Assembly: GCA_013239625.1 (NCBI GenBank)
Contig: MU053934.1
Span: forward strand, 5,350,399 to 5,414,398
Direction: 5' to 3'
Source of the DNA: Lama guanicoe
Taxonomy: Eukaryota
DNA length: 64,000 nucleotides
Position 1 is the first letter of the stretch. Every line of letters begins with the position of its first letter. Positions 14,800 to 29,029 of this stretch are shown piece by piece. The notes below the pieces were generated by a model. It was not told the DNA's origin. It ran no database searches and saw only the letters and a list, made by a program, of their open reading frames with translations. A program made the translations under genes and the position numbers.

Positions 14800-14905
14800 G
14801 TGGCGCCGCCGAGCGCTGACGGGGCCGAGCACGAGCCCGACCCGGGTTGGCACCTTGTTGGCGGCGACGAGCGGCGGCGGGCAGGTGGACATCCCCGTGG
14901 GGCAG
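14800..14905 (+). other. SGSM3: SGSM3 non-coding exon 1 (5' end approximate)
   Basis: Consensus donor CAG|GTGAGT at 14903-14911 inside the CpG island, just downstream of the promoter motifs; the TSS cannot be fixed from sequence. Confidence 0.7.
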
Positions 14906-16214
14906 GTGAGTGTGGAGCGAGAGGTCGGCTGCCACTCGCCGGGTCTGCGGGGCTCGGCGCCACACGTGCCCCTCCGGTCGGGAACCGGGGGACGTGGACA
15001 GACCGACTGACCCACGGACTGACGGACGGACGGGCCGAGGAGCAGGGAGGCAACGCCGGCGCCCGGCCGGGCCCTCGCTCGTGCTGCGGGTGGGGTGGGG
15101 GTCCTGGCGAGCGGCGGCCAGGCGCAGGCTCGCGGGGTCCGGTACGGGGCCTGCAGGGGCGCGGGCGGTGCTCGGACCTGGTGCCCCCGCATCCCGCCGA
15201 GGTCCGGGGCGGCCTCCCGGGGACGGGACCCCCAGCACGGCCCAGCGGGAGCTGGGGGCCGCGGGCACTCGAGCGTAAGTGCCCTGGGGGCTCGAGCGCG
15301 ATACGTCCCCCTCCCTCAGCTGGGAGCTGTTTTACAGAAACTGCACCTAATTACTGGGACCCCCCTTTTTTTTTTTTTAATTTTAAAGAACGGCTGCTGC
15401 AGACATATTTACGGCAGCAAAGTCTTGCTTAGGTTTGACTTGTAACTTTACGTTAAAGGTTCAGGTCTGGGGTCAGAACACAGGCTTAGATTCAGGCCAG
15501 ATTTGGAACACACTGTAATAAGCGTATTTTAACATTGGGGAAATTGAGGCATGTATTAGTCAGGACCACCCAGCGTAGTTAAGATTGGAATTATTCTCAT
15601 ATATAATTTAAAGATTCAAGATGTTTCTTATATGGAGGGAAAAAGATTTAAAATTTCTTTTCGGTAAGAAATTATTCGTTTTTTTCCAATCTTTGCCGCA
15701 TATTTTTGTTTGCCTTTTGGTGGGATATTTAGAGGGGCCTGGAATATTCGTTACCCTTCTTTCTTATTCTTTCTGGATAAATTCAGGTCCCTAATCAGAC
15801 TCTGTTTCACAAAACCTGAATTTTCATCTCAGCTTGTTTGTTTGTAGCTTTTGTGATTATGTTTGTAGATACACGTTCCCTACTTCTTTTCCTCATCTTC
15901 CAGTTCACTCTGAACTCTAAACAACAGTTATATCTTGTTTTACATAATTACTTCTGTTCTCTGTGATTAGTTTGGAGTTGATTTTAAGTAAAAGTCAACA
16001 TCTTTCCTGCCTGTCTTTTGATAATTCCTGGTGCCTTTAACCTTTTCATCACTAATTGTTGCATTAGCCTGGGCGTTAGCCCTTTTCCCTTATCCCTTTT
16101 AAGCCTGAAGGTGTGTGATCTGTGAGAGACGGCCCGGGGTGAGTTGTTTCTCTTGACCAGATATTGGTAACAGGTGAACATGACCCATGAGCATTAACTT
16201 TAAAAGGCTGTGAA

Positions 16215-16313
16215 GGTGGGGCGCGGTGTGTAGCTCAGTGGTATAGGGCATGCTAGGCATGCAGGAGGTCCTGAGTTCAATCCTCAGTATCTCCATTTAC
16301 AAAAAAAGAAAAA
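16215..16313 (+). mobile_element. tRNA-derived SINE (Vic-1-like)
   Basis: GTAGCTCAGTGGTA...GAGGTCCTGAGTTCAATCC plus poly(A); 13-bp TSD AAAAGGCTGTGAA (16202-16214, 16314-16326). Confidence 0.9.
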
Positions 16314-18499
16314 AAAAGGCTGTGAACAAAAATGGTTTAAATATAAAAGAGCATACTAATCTTGTGAGTTTGGGAGCTCGTCAGGTTGACAGAAAAGTCG
16401 GTGAGGTAGAGTATTACCTCACAGAAATGAACCCGACATCAGGGTGAAATTATTGAGAAAGGGACTCAGGAATCATCTCTTATCACGCTGCCATCTTTCT
16501 GTGCCCAGAGTGGATGCTGGGAACACCTCCTCGGCTTAGAAACTTAAACAGTATTCTGTGTGTTTGTGTTTTCGGTTTCTCTCTTCCTAGTTCTCAATGA
16601 ACGTTTTGGCAGGAGCTCAAAATCTGGTACATTTGATGATTTAACATGTTTATCTGCTTATTCTCCAGATTGTCTCTGTTCCTCAGCTGATGATATCAGT
16701 AATTTTCCACAGCAGCCATTCATGGGCTCATGCAGACTGTCACAAGGAAGTGAACTAGCAGAGGGTGGTACACACAGGAGAAATAAGGATCCTGTTTCTT
16801 TGCCATCACATATTACACGCAGAGTGAGACAGGAAATCTGGATGGAAGCACAAACTATGTGGGAGGGGTTAGAAAGGCAGAGTCCAGGCTTCCATATACA
16901 TTAATGATCACTGATACCATTTATTGAATGTCTTGTGTTTGCCGGATGCTGTTACCGTCACAGGGAGCTGCAGGTGTTACCATTCTCATTTTATATATGT
17001 GTAAGTTGAAGAACAGAGGTTCAGTGGTTTGTCTGCAGACGTAGTAAGTGACAGAACCAGAAGTCAAGTTCAAGTCTCTCTCACTCTGACACCCATGCTC
17101 TTTCTCCTATGCTGTACTGCCTCACCAATACATATGTTCAATTCCTTCTCATTCTTAAAAAACAAACAAAAACAAAAACACCGTAACTTTCCTGTGATTG
17201 CATTTCTTGTTTAAACTACTACCGTTTCCCGTCTGTTTCCCTTCTAGACTTATTCTCAGAAAGCAGACTCTATGCCCTTCTCTTCCATGTGCTTCTAGTT
17301 CATGCAGTCTGGCCCCCACCCTTTAGTGAAATTGCTCTCATGAGCTCCACTTGGCCATTTATTGAGTACCTGCTGTGTGTACTTACAAAGAGGCTGAGGT
17401 GTGGTTCTTGCCCTAAAGGAGTTGAGGAACTAATGAGGGAGAAAATGAAGTTCATACATGTCAGTATGTGTTAACTGCTGACCAAGCAGTCTTTGCTCTT
17501 GGGAGTAGGGGGAGGAACACTTCACTGAGAAGGTGACTCTGGACTGCCAACAGAGAGAAAGCCTAAACTGTTGCAGACAGTGGTGTCAGGACTGCATGCT
17601 CAGGTGCGGACTTTTAGGAGAAGTTGTCCCTTGCCAGTGAGCGATGATACAGTTGAAATACACGGTGTAGGCTTTGGAGGGTGACAGACCTGGGCACTGA
17701 GCCTTAATTTCTTCTTTATAATCCTGCCTCCGTCATCAGCTCTGTGAAGGTAGGGCCTTTGTCTTTCACCACCTCCTGCCTGTCTCCTAGAACAGTGATC
17801 ACCAGGTACGTGTGGAATGAATACCTCATAGGGTGCTGGTAGGTGCTGTGCTCTCAGCCGTGCCACATGACTGAGTGATGAGGCTGACCTGCAGCGTGGT
17901 TTATGAACTACGTTTGAAGACGCCATTGTTTGAATAGTATCCATATAGTCACCTCCCCTTTTTGAACATTTAGGCTTGTTAATTTATGCTCATAATTTGT
18001 AAATGAGGAGAGACGTTCGCCTCTTTTCCATAGGCACAGCTAACTGTATTTTCACTTCTAATATGATGCCTCTTTTCCAGTTATAAACACATTTCTCCTT
18101 TGTGTAAGTATTTATGATGTAGGTTTTATATGTATTTTTTGTTTCCTTTGCTAATAATGTGAATTGTTTGGGCAAGTTAATTTCTTTGGAATCATTAAAT
18201 GCCTTTATCAATAAGATTGAAAGCACCATCCAGGCATCAGGAGGCTTGTTCTTGGGACAGGCCTGACTTCCAGTGAGGGCTAAGAGAGGATGTTTTTTTC
18301 TCTTAACAAAACCATACAACTCTTCCTGGCCTTCTTAGATATCTAGTTAGCCTTCTAGCTAGCATTCTGAAGACATGAAACAACAGATCATTTCCCTCTT
18401 CTTATGTGTGTTTCATTTGTAAATATCCTTCATTTGTGTGACTTGAGGTTTATAGGGTTAAAGTCCAAATATCACTTTTTTTTTTTAACTTTTGAAGTC

Positions 18500-18850
18500 A
18501 GTAGAGTGTAGTATAGTAGTTAGCATCCACAGTGAAGTTCAAATTCTGGCTCTACCATTTTAAACTTTGAAAACTTAACATAAGTGATATAACTTCACAG
18601 TGCCTCATTTTGTTCACCTGTAAAATTGGAATAATTACCACTATTGTCACCACTAATATTTACTGGGTGTTTACTGTAGACTTGGCACAGTTCTAAGAAT
18701 TTTGCTTTAACTCAGTCTTCACCACTCTATACGTTATCAGTATTATGCCCATTTAAGGTGAGGAAGCACTCACAGAAAAGCTAAGTAACTCGCTCATTCA
18801 CAAGTAGTGGTGGAGTCAGGATTTGAACCTTGGTGGTCAGACTCCAGGGT
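18500..18850. mobile_element. Pair of MIR SINE fragments in opposite orientations
   Basis: MIR core text (gttcaaattctggctctacca...ctgtaaaattggaataat; aggtgaggaagcact...ggatttgaacc). Confidence 0.6.
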
Positions 18851-20206
18851 TTGTGCTCATAATCTCCTACTTTGTAGGGTTTGTTTTCTTTTAAGATTAA
18901 ATAAAATAATCTATGTGAAATGTGTGTGACAGGCAGGCAATAAGTGCTGGCTACTACGGTTAGCTTTGTGCTTATAAAGCATCTCACATATATTTTTATT
19001 TGGTTGAAATGTTGTGACCCTCACCATCTTTCAGAAAGGAACTGAGGCCTAAGTTTGGTCCTTTGCCTGAGGTCACACAGCAAGTGTGGAGGCAGCACCC
19101 TGGCTTCGCTGCTCCCCCACACCTGCGTCCTTATGTTGAATCTGAGGTGTCACATTTTGAGAATATTTAGTGGTCATATGCTCTTTGGGCCTATCCAGCG
19201 TCCAGTCCAGGTTTTTCTGGGAACAGCAGCTCAGTTTTGCCTTGAGGAGACAGTCCATCCCTGACTGCGCAGGTGATGGGGACATGGCCCAGAGTAGGCC
19301 AGTCTCTGTTAGGGAAATAGATGTGTCGCTCCTTTATTTTGAATCTTCGGTTGAATGACAGTGACAGCCACGGCTCCTTCATCACTGCCATGGGTTAACT
19401 CCTAATATCTAGACACTGGAGCTGGGCTGTTACTTGTTCTCAGAGACCTGAATCTTCAGCTTTTCCTCAGTTCTGTGCCCCTCTGCAGAGCCTGCCAGTA
19501 TCTTCCTGTATCACATAGTTTGTTACCTAAAGTCAGTTTTTGTGGCTTGCAGCTGAGACTCCTTAACTTGCTGCTTCATGGGGTGAGTCCATGTCACTTA
19601 GGGAAGAGCTTAAATAATGGGTTAACTTTAACCTGAAGAGAGGAGAAAGCTCAGAGAAGACCTGAAGGTTATTTTAGTTAGTGTACGAAGTGTCCCTGAG
19701 AAGAATAAAGGGGAGACGTTACTAGCAAAGAGATTTCTGTTCGAGTGGAAGCCTAAGGTGGGCCTGCCCGAGGGAGGGCAGGCTCCTTGGCACGTGGAGG
19801 TGGGCAGACGTACTGAAGTTGTTTAAACCCAGACATGCCGGTCCCCCGAGAGGTGTAATGAAGGGGTTTAGTCATCTAATGGGCAGTTGTACTAAATGAT
19901 CTGTGAAGTTCTCCTCTATTCTGAGATAACAGTTCTCTGCTTGAAACCTCAGTCTCCAGACCCTGAGACCTAGAGATTGTTCTGAAACAGACTGTTCTCG
20001 CCTGGCCTCCTGTGCTCACTGCATGTGTGCCAGTCTCCCCTGCTCCCCGCACCTCTGCTTCACCCAGCCTCTCACCCTGTGCATGTCTCCTTGTCACTGT
20101 GCCTTCCCCGACCGCCTGGTTTCAAATAGCAGCTCCCTGAAACTGCCTTGCCCCTTTCCTGCTTCATCTGGCTGTACTGTTCCTCACCTGGCATACAGTT
20201 CAGTTT

Positions 20207-20318
20207 CTTCTTTTTTCAATTTTTTTTCCTTTTTTTTTTTTTAATGGAGGTACTGGGAATTGAACCCAAGACCGCATGCATGCTAGGCACATGCTCTACC
20301 CCTGAACTATACCCTCCC
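20207..20318 (-). mobile_element. tRNA-derived SINE (Vic-1-like)
   Basis: poly(T) then AATGGAGGTACTGGGAATTGAACCC...CTATACCCTCCC. Confidence 0.85.
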
Positions 20319-23233
20319 AATATAACTTCCTGTTTATTTTTTTAATCACTTGTTTTCCTGTAGAATGCCAGATCCGGGGGGGTGGGTGGTGGATAGGTAA
20401 TTTTATCTGTTCTGAGCATTGTTGTGTCCCCATCACTTAGAACAGTGCCTAGCACATAGTTGACACTCAATAAATGTATGTTGAGTGACTGAATATTTCC
20501 TCAACACAAAATGTAAGTGTTGGGAGAAAGGACTAGGGCAGGTTTCACAGACATGTTATTTAAGCTGAATACTGTAGGATGGATAGAATCTGGACATTTG
20601 GAAATGGGAGGTGGCTTCTAAGCAGGCGGAACAATATAGGTACAGGTACAGAAGCACGTGGAGATTGCAGTGAGGGTACGAAGGGGAAATCAAGAACTGA
20701 CTCAACAGGTAGATTGGGGACCATTGGAGGAAGATGAAGAGAGAACCAGGTAATCAGAGCTATGCTGCAGGGAATATTAATCTAGTGTTTGTTTAACATG
20801 AATGGAAGGATAGAGTCCAGAGTTTGCAGAAACTTGTTAGGAGATTTTTGTAGTGTCTGGGAAAAGTGGCAGGGTCTAGATTAAGGCAGCGGAAAGAGAG
20901 ACGCTTAGAAATATTTTAGAGGTAAAATCAATAGACTTTGCAGCTGATTCAGTGTGAGAATAAAAGTAGGAGCCAGAAATTACCCTGAAGCTTAGAATCT
21001 GAGTGTTCTGAAGAAGAATTAGGAAAATCAAAAGAATCATCTGAGATGGAATAAAAATACATTCGTTTGAAGAATACAGATTTTGATGTGTTATGGGATA
21101 AGGCAACTGAAGCCATCCAACAGCAGGAAGCTGGAAATACCAGGGGTGTTGTCATGACTGCAGGTACAGATTTATAGTTTATCTGCACAGCAGTGATAGC
21201 TAACTCCCCACTAGGAGCAGGAACGGATTCCCCAGTAGTAATCCACTAGGAGTGGACTGAAAAAGAGAAGACTGATTTGGGGAATGTTTTGGGGGGAGTC
21301 TGGAGGAAGAAGAGGAGTCTGTAAAGAAGCAGATAAGTAGAGAAGAAAAGCCCACGCCGTCAGTGTGAGGCCAAAGGAAGAGGATTCCATATGATGACAA
21401 GAAAACCACTGGAAACCTTAGCAAGTCTAGGTGGTGAGGAGAAGCTTAAAGAGTGAGTTGACTGGTGAGGCATAGGAGCAAAATTCTACTCTGCTTTTGA
21501 AAAGTATGACGGTGAGGCAGGGAAAAAGACGTAGAGAAGGAGGAGGCTTGAGTCGGCCCAGGAAGAGCTGCTTTGTTTTGTTTTAATCAAGGATACAGGA
21601 GATCTGAGTATCGTACGCACTGGACATGAAGCCAGCAGAGAGGAATAGGCTGAAGATGCTGTCAAGAAAGTGGACTGAAAGGTTTTTGTGGGTGGAGGAG
21701 TTAACCTGGGAAGGGAGGGAGGCTACTTCCTCCCCAAGAGGGCTGGTAGAAGGAGAAGACAGGTGAAAAGACTGAGCAGTGATGACATGGAGGAGGAGGA
21801 AGTTGAGGAAACTCAAGCCAAATGACCGCAGCTTCGTTAAGGCTGGAAACCAGGTCATCAGCTGGGAGTGAGTGGCAGCAGGGAGCAGCTGTGGGTCTGA
21901 AGAAACAGGGCAAAGGCTCGGAAGCACTGAAGGAAACGTGCATCAGGTCAGGGAGAGAGGAATGGGCTCCTTACCCCAAGTCAGGGTACATAGTTCTTGC
22001 ACACCCATAAGAGGCTTCATGGTCTTCCCTGAAAACTGCGCTGCAGGATTGACATTTTTCCTGGGATTTCTGGTGATGATGCTGCTGGTCTGAGTGTGGT
22101 CCAGTCTGTGCTGCAGTGTGGTAGAGGGGTCGCCTTGGAGTCACCTCTGACTCACTGGTGTTCCATATGGGCAGCCCTGGTTTTCTCAAATGTAAGATGG
22201 GGAACGCTTAGCAGAATGGTAAGTGTTCCACAAATACTATTTTTCCTTCTTTCACGGTATCTTTCTTCTAATGCCTCCATCCACTCATGGCCACAAAGCA
22301 AATAGGACTGGATTACCATGCTTTAGGGTTATTAGGTAGGTATTTTCATATCTGCAAATGAAAAATTTTCCCAGCAATTATATAGACGGTGTGGCCAAAT
22401 AGGTAGCTTAAATATAGTTTTTGGATCTCTATGGTTTAAGTGTATGAGGAATAGGGACTTCGTTAACTATATTTGTCATCTGTTCCCTTTACGTACCCTA
22501 AGCTCCTATGTTAATATAAAACCTAACTATAAATTTCTCAGGGTCCTTTTTTTGTCAGTCAACCCTCCAGGAGCTTTATTTTCCTCAAAAACTCTTGTCT
22601 GTTATTTTTCAGAGCTACCAGAATGTTGAGTTGAGGTTAGCTACCTACATGCTTCACTTTTACTTCTAAAGAGGTTATTGTCCCCCAGCCCTGGTGGTGG
22701 GAATGACACGGGTCCCTGCTTCTACTTTCTTATCACAGTCCGGGTGCTTCCAGGGTGTAATCTCAGGGGACTGATCCTGGGTGGGACTCAGGGAAGTAAC
22801 GAGCTTACCTTGGGTGGTTATTCTGCCTGAGACCTGAACTGGGTGGGAGGGCACGGGCCAGAAGCCTACACAGGAGCGAGCGCTCCATTTAGCTGCTGCT
22901 GCTGTGCAGGAAACAGGAGCCATACTTGGGCTCGCGGGATTCTGAGCTGAGCCTCCCGTTTCCAGTCTTGCTGGTGCTTTGCTCAGTCACGCCTAAGCCT
23001 TGCCTAAAGGAACACTCTCTGGTCACAAAGGAAATATTGATTCAGGGAAGGGAAGGCCACCCCCAGCTTAAGCCCATGGGAGCGGGCCTGGAAGGAGTAG
23101 AGCTCAAAGTCCAGTTGGTTCCTGGGGTCATGTTGCTCTTTTGCTGATGGCAGTTTGGGGGCAGGCAGTGGAGAAATGTGGATGTCTTTGGCACTAGGTG
23201 AAGAGTAATGTGAATAATAAACATGTTTTATTA

Positions 23234-23352
23234 GAGGGAGGGTATAGCTCAAATGGTAGATTACACGCCTAGCGTGCATGAGGTTCTGGATTCAAACCCC
23301 AGTACCTCCTCTAAAAATAAATAAGTAAACCTACCCACAACAACAACAACAG
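23234..23352 (+). mobile_element. tRNA-derived SINE (Vic-1-like)
   Basis: GGGAGGGTATAGCTCAAATGGTAG...CCCCAGTACCTCC, AAATAAATAA tail and (CAA)n. Confidence 0.85.
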
Positions 23353-25650
23353 CATGTTTTTAACAAGACATGATTGGGGTGACTGGAGTGGGGTGCCAGT
23401 TCTGGAAGATTAGTGCCACTGGCTGCCTTATCATGGTGTTTGATGGGGCTCAAGTTTTGAGACCCTTCACGAACTGCGGCAGCTGCTTCATTTAGCAGCA
23501 TGCTCTGAGAGCAAGCGGAGGGTCCACGGCTTGAAAGAAGGGTGTTGTGGCTGGAGCATTGAGTCAGTGTCCAGGGCTGAGAGGTGAGGCTGGGATGGTC
23601 AGCAGAGACGACTAGGTCATGAAATCTTGTAAACTAAGTTAACAAATTTGGGTTTTTTCCGAAAGTCAGAGGGAAGAAAAAAGGTTTTAAAGTGGAGAAA
23701 GGCATGATCAGTTGCAATTTAAAAGGATTTCTGTGGCTGCAGGGTAGCAAGTAGATGGGGCAGAGGGGGCAGGGGGCAAGAGTGGAGGCAGAGATGCCGG
23801 TTAGGGAACTCGCAGTAGCCACGACGATGAGAAATGAAGCCCCAGCTGGAAAGTAGCAACAGGTTGAAGAGAAAAGGGAAGTTTCAGAAAACATTAGGGA
23901 AAGCCTAAGAGTTGAGGGTTGGATGTGGGAAGATGGGCAACCTCTTGACTGTGATGCCCAGTTCTAGCTGGAGAAAGTGGGTAGCTGGGTAGTGATGCCA
24001 GCTTCCTGAGGCAGGGGCCCAGGAGGAGGGTAGGTTCACGAGGGAGAAGACAACTTAACTTTGGAGTGTGGTAAATTTGATGAGTGTGAAGGAGTGGCCC
24101 AGTGGGCAGTTAGATATGCCGGCCTGAGGTTCAGAGAGAGGTGTGTCCTGGATGTGGAGATCAGCGTCATCTGCCTGTAGATGGTAAAGGAAGCCAAGAG
24201 TGAAGGAGGATGCAAAGAACTAGAGGAGGGTCTAGGATAGACCATTAAGGCATATTAGGAACCAGCAGGGCAGGAGGAAAACCGAAGGTTATGACTCTTA
24301 CCTTGAGAAGTGAGTGCTTCATGGAGGAGGAAGTGGTTACAGCATGGGATGCTACTGAGGGTTCAGGAGTGTTAAGGACCAAAATGTCTTCATTGGATCT
24401 AATGCACATCAGCTTTGCTGGATTGACTCTTTAGTAAACCAGGCGTGTGCTGAGGGCACTAATAAAGCAGAGACATAAAACAAAATGGGAAGAACTTGAC
24501 ATTGGGCATTTTGTAGAAACATAGCAAAAGTCATCTTGGAAAAAATCTAAACATTGCTGAACTTCCTCATACGCATTTTATTTTTATGTGGAATTAAATA
24601 GGGAGCACCCTAATCTTTTTTCTGTGGCTATCTAAAGTCTTTAATTTTTTTCATGTTTAACTCTGTTTAAATAGGTAGTACATTAAAATAGGTCAAAATT
24701 GAAAAAGTACAAAAGGGCATTGAGTTTAAAAATCTGCCACCCAGTTTGTCTCACATACAGCCTTGTAAATTTTATGTGACAATTTCCTCTCTTTTTTTGC
24801 ACAGATGTTTACCATTCTTCTCACTGTTTTGCACCTTGCTGTTTTTACTTAGCAGTGTATCTTGGAGATCACTCCCTATCAACACATGAATAGCCGACTC
24901 ATTCTTTCTCCCAGCTGCTGGCTGTATTTCATTATAGAGAGGTGCTGTGAGTTATTCAGCCAGTCCCCTGCTGACGGATACTTAGGTTTTCTATTTTACC
25001 ATCTAACATTTTGCTGTCACAAACAATGCTGTAAGGAATTACCTTGTATGAGTCATTTTTCTCAAGCGTAGTATGAATTTCCTGAAGTGGGAATTGCTGG
25101 ACGAAAGGGCCCCTAAAGGTTTTTAACCCAGCTCTGCTTATTAGAGTTGCTGGCACTCAGAAAGCCTGCAGTGAATGGTGGCTATTATTAAGATAAATAT
25201 GTTATAGATAGGTTATATGATATGTTACAGATAGTGGGATAAGAGCACATGACACAAGCCAGAGGCAAGAGGGTATGTCAGGGAAGGCTTCCTGGAAGAG
25301 GAAACGCCTGAGCCGAGCCTTGAAGAATGAAAAGTCAGGTGAAGCGGGGAGCATTGCAAGCAGTGGGAGCAGAAGGGGCCAAGCCCAGAAACGTAAGAAG
25401 GAACTTGTTGTATGTAGGGGTGCTCCATGATTTGGTACTACCTCCGTTCACCAAACAGTCCACACCTGCACAGGTCAGGCACCGGGCTCGGACCTGGATA
25501 TAGGGCAGATGTGCATGGCCGCAAATCACGACTCACCTGCAGTATGAACAGTAGGAGTTGTACAGTGATTAATTCTGTCAGAGAAGGGAGGGAGGGACCG
25601 TGGAAGGTGGAAGGGAAGACATTAGAGGAGGTCATATCTGAGCTTCAGAT

Positions 25651-25807
25651 CAGTGGTTCTTAAAGTGTGTTCCCTTATACGAAAGGCACATTCTCAAGCC
25701 CTATTCAGACCTACAGAATCAGAAATTCTGGGTGTGGGCCTCGGCTGTCTGGGGTTTAAGAAGCCCTCCGGGTGATTCTGATACACTCTACAGTTTGAGA
25801 ACCACTG
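25651..25807. mobile_element. hAT-Charlie MITE (MER5A-like)
   Basis: Terminal inverted repeats CAGTGGTTCTTAAA ... TTTGAGAACCACTG; internal cagacctacagaatcagaaattctggg and ggtgattctgat motifs. Confidence 0.8.
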
Positions 25808-28109
25808 ATGGAGATTAAGGGAGAGGGAACATTATCAGTCAGGGAACTAAACCCCATGGTATTGCTGAAGTGTAGCTTGTATTTTTAAAAAGTATTTATT
25901 TTATATGCCTTAATAAGGAAATAAGGTAAGCTGATTAAACTTGCATTACATAATCAGCTGATATCCTTATCTTGAAATTCCAATAAAATGGACACAAGCC
26001 CTATATCCCACACTATGTGAGAAGGCCAACATTTTACAAATTTAACTCATTTAATCCTCGTAACAACCCATTAAGTAGAAATTATTATCCCTGCTTTTAG
26101 ACCTTTATTTGATTTTTCCCTCAAACCGCACTCAGGCTCTGAGGAGCGGGGCAAGCTTTACCGAAGGTGCGGCCCACAAAGCGATTTTCCCTTGCAACAT
26201 AGCAACTTAAATTGGGTTTGGGGTTGTCCTTCCTTAAGAGGGGTTTGGTCCACCCCCAGGACCTCCCCCTCCCAGACATGCAGCGTGTTAATGTCTCATG
26301 GGTCGCTTTATCCTGTGGGATGCAGCTCCTCACCTGTCTTTGGACTTCACCTCTGTGGTCCAGGCCACCGCTATTTTCTGTTCTCCTCTACTTCCAAATT
26401 TTAGCTAATTTCCTTTGCTAGGCGATTGATATGTCTCTCTTGTTTTTCCTAATCTATGGCTTCAAGGTTTACCTTCCACCTTTATCAAATATTTCCCAAA
26501 CAAGGATAAACACCCTCTCTGGGAAGTATTCTAGAGCCAACTATTAAAATATAATTTTGCACTGTGCTAGAATTATAATAATATAAAATTTTAGGTTCAC
26601 TTTAGGGGTCATTAACATTAACCTATTTAACCTTAAGTTAATTACCTTGCTTCAAGTGGCATCATATTAAACTCTGACATCAGTAACTTGTTATTAACCT
26701 ATTCTTATTCTTTGATTTCTGTTTACAAATCTGACACCATAAAGTAGAAAAGACAGATTTTTAAAATCCACATCCTCTCCCAAACAAGACAGATGTGTTA
26801 ACTTCATTTGAAAAATCTTCAAAGGGAAAGTTCCTTGCAGCACTGATTTTATTGCAGAAATTGCTGTTAGGTGCTTAAATGTTGTATCAGCAGACTGCAA
26901 GTAAATCATAGAACATACGGTTATAAAATTATATAATGCCTGGGGAAATATTGATAATGGTCAGCAGAGAAAAATATTTTGAATCTAAAATATAAGACCT
27001 GTGTTTGTAGGTAGAGAAAAACCAAAAGAGAGCACAGGAAAGAAGAAAATGTTTTATTGAGGTGGCAAACTGGTGGTAGAATTTAAAAAATTTTGATTTC
27101 CATTAATGTTGTCATGTTAGTGTAATTGCAAAACTCAGAGGAAAGTCCCTGACTACCCTTCCCATGATAAACCCAGTGACTGTTTATACTCCAGAGACTT
27201 TCTTCTCACCTGTAGCCTGCACTTACCCTGCTACATCTTAAGTCTGTCCTTTGTGTTTGCATCTGGAAGAGAAGGGTCTTGGGCGGAGTGCCCAGAGTGC
27301 CGGGCGGAAGCGCTCCTGAGTCTCGGGCTCTGACAGCCAGGGTCCTCCCTGACCCTGGGTTGTGGCTGGGGACCAAGTGCGTGCCAGGGCTGTGGAGAAA
27401 ACTCAAGGGACAGGGAGGCATTTCTGTAAAAGTAGATTCGGAAATAGCATTTCTCCCCTTGGAGCCTGTCTTGCAAATTGATGTACTTTTGTGGTCTCCT
27501 GGTTTGTAAGCATCTCTTTTCCTTTAAACTGCTTTTAGCGGTTTTTGCTTTGGGGAAAGTATTTCACTTCAGTGTACGGGAAAGCACCTTCAACCCCATG
27601 TGAAGTCAGACACCTGGAGATTTTGTTTGCCTTAAAAAAAAAAAAAGGCTTGGAAACCTGGTTTCAAAGTTGTCAGTTCTTTTTCCAGTGATTACTTAGA
27701 CTATTAGGGGGGATCTTGTTACAGGAACTTGAAAAATGACAGACTTTACTATTTAGCATCTTAGAGAGTTCCCGACTTCACAGCTGCTGAGATGTCAAAT
27801 TCACGCTGAGCAGTGTTAGTAAAGTGTTAGTTACAAATGAGGGAGAAAGGGGCCCTTTTCACAGTTATAGATGAGCTACCTCTAATAGTTTGCACCTTTT
27901 TTTTTTTCACTTTTGGTTTCTTTGGTTTTATATAAACATTAAATCCCCGTAGAGATGGATTTTTGAGGTGGTAAGTAGTAGTTCTGAGTGAGAGAGCAAG
28001 AGATGGAGAAACTGCAGAGCTGTTGCAAGTTCAGGTGTCATTTGTGGACCTCAGAAAACCCGGGACACATTCTTATTCCTAGTGTTCTGTACTTAAACTG
28101 TGATTTTAA

Positions 28110-28580
28110 AAGTTGAGATATGATTTATGTTTTGTAAAAGTCACCCTTTAAAAATTTAGAGGTTTTCAGTATATTCACTTTGTGCAACCATCACCACTAA
28201 TGCCAGAACATTTTCATCACCCAAAAAGAAATGCCATACCCACTAACAGGAGTTCCCCATCTCACCCCTCCTTCCAGCCCCTTGGCAACCACTAATTTAC
28301 TTTCTGCCTCGATGGACTTGCCTGTTCTGGACATTTTATATAAACAATTACAGATGATGCGGTCTTTTGTGACTGGCTTCTTTCACTGAGCATACTGTTT
28401 TCAAGGTTCATTGTGTTGGCACGTGTGTCAGTACTTCACTCCTTCTTATGGCTGAAATTATTCCATTGTGTGGATGCTCACATTTTGTTTATCCATTCAT
28501 CACTTGATGGACATTTGGATTGTTTTCACTGTTGGACTATTAATAAATAATGCTGTGAACATTTGTGTCAAATTTTTATG
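28110..28580 (-). mobile_element. Old LINE-1 (L1MB-like) 3' end
   Basis: Antisense L1 3'UTR motifs (ccagaacattttcatcaccc, ggcaaccactaat, gatggacatttggattg). Confidence 0.75.
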
Positions 28581-29029
28581 TGGTAAAATTACTTTTAAAC
28601 ACAATACCTTTGTACTTTTCCAAAAAAGAGAACATTTAAAATCAAGACAAATAAACTCCGTACTCCTACACAGCCATACTCATTTTTATATTGCCTTCAA
28701 CATGTATGTACTATATCACTTTAAATGGCTGAAATCACATACTGTCTTCATGCTGATGACTCCACTTTTCTTCTGTTCTCTCTTCAGCCCCCTCCAGTTG
28801 GACTTGCACCCTCATCATTAAAAATTAGAGCTCTTGTTGGTATCACCGCCATCCTCCAGTTTGCCGAACCAGTGACCAGGTCTCTGTCCTCATTTTACTT
28901 GACCTCTAAGTAACATGTGACACTGCTGATCTCCTCCTCCTGGGAACGCTTTCTTCTCTTAGTTTCCACGGCAGCACGCACTGCTTAGTGTTCCTTCCTC
29001 TTCACGGCTCACTCTTCAGACTGAAGAAA

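Larger units (their letters stand above)
14690..15310. promoter_or_regulatory. SGSM3: CpG island / SGSM3 promoter
   Basis: Abrupt, very GC- and CpG-dense segment in AT-richer surroundings, upstream of the SGSM3 coding exons; boundaries approximate. Confidence 0.9.

Noticed and set aside
14566..15445. Long overlapping ORFs (282, 212 and 208 aa) on both strands
   Set aside because: They coincide with the CpG island, where stops are rare; low-complexity G/P/R/A peptides with no recognisable domain.
16215..16313. tRNA-Ala-like sequences here and at 8.7, 20.2, 23.2, 29.0, 30.8 and 39.5 kb as tRNA genes
   Set aside because: A-rich tails, target-site duplications and divergence among copies mark them as SINEs.
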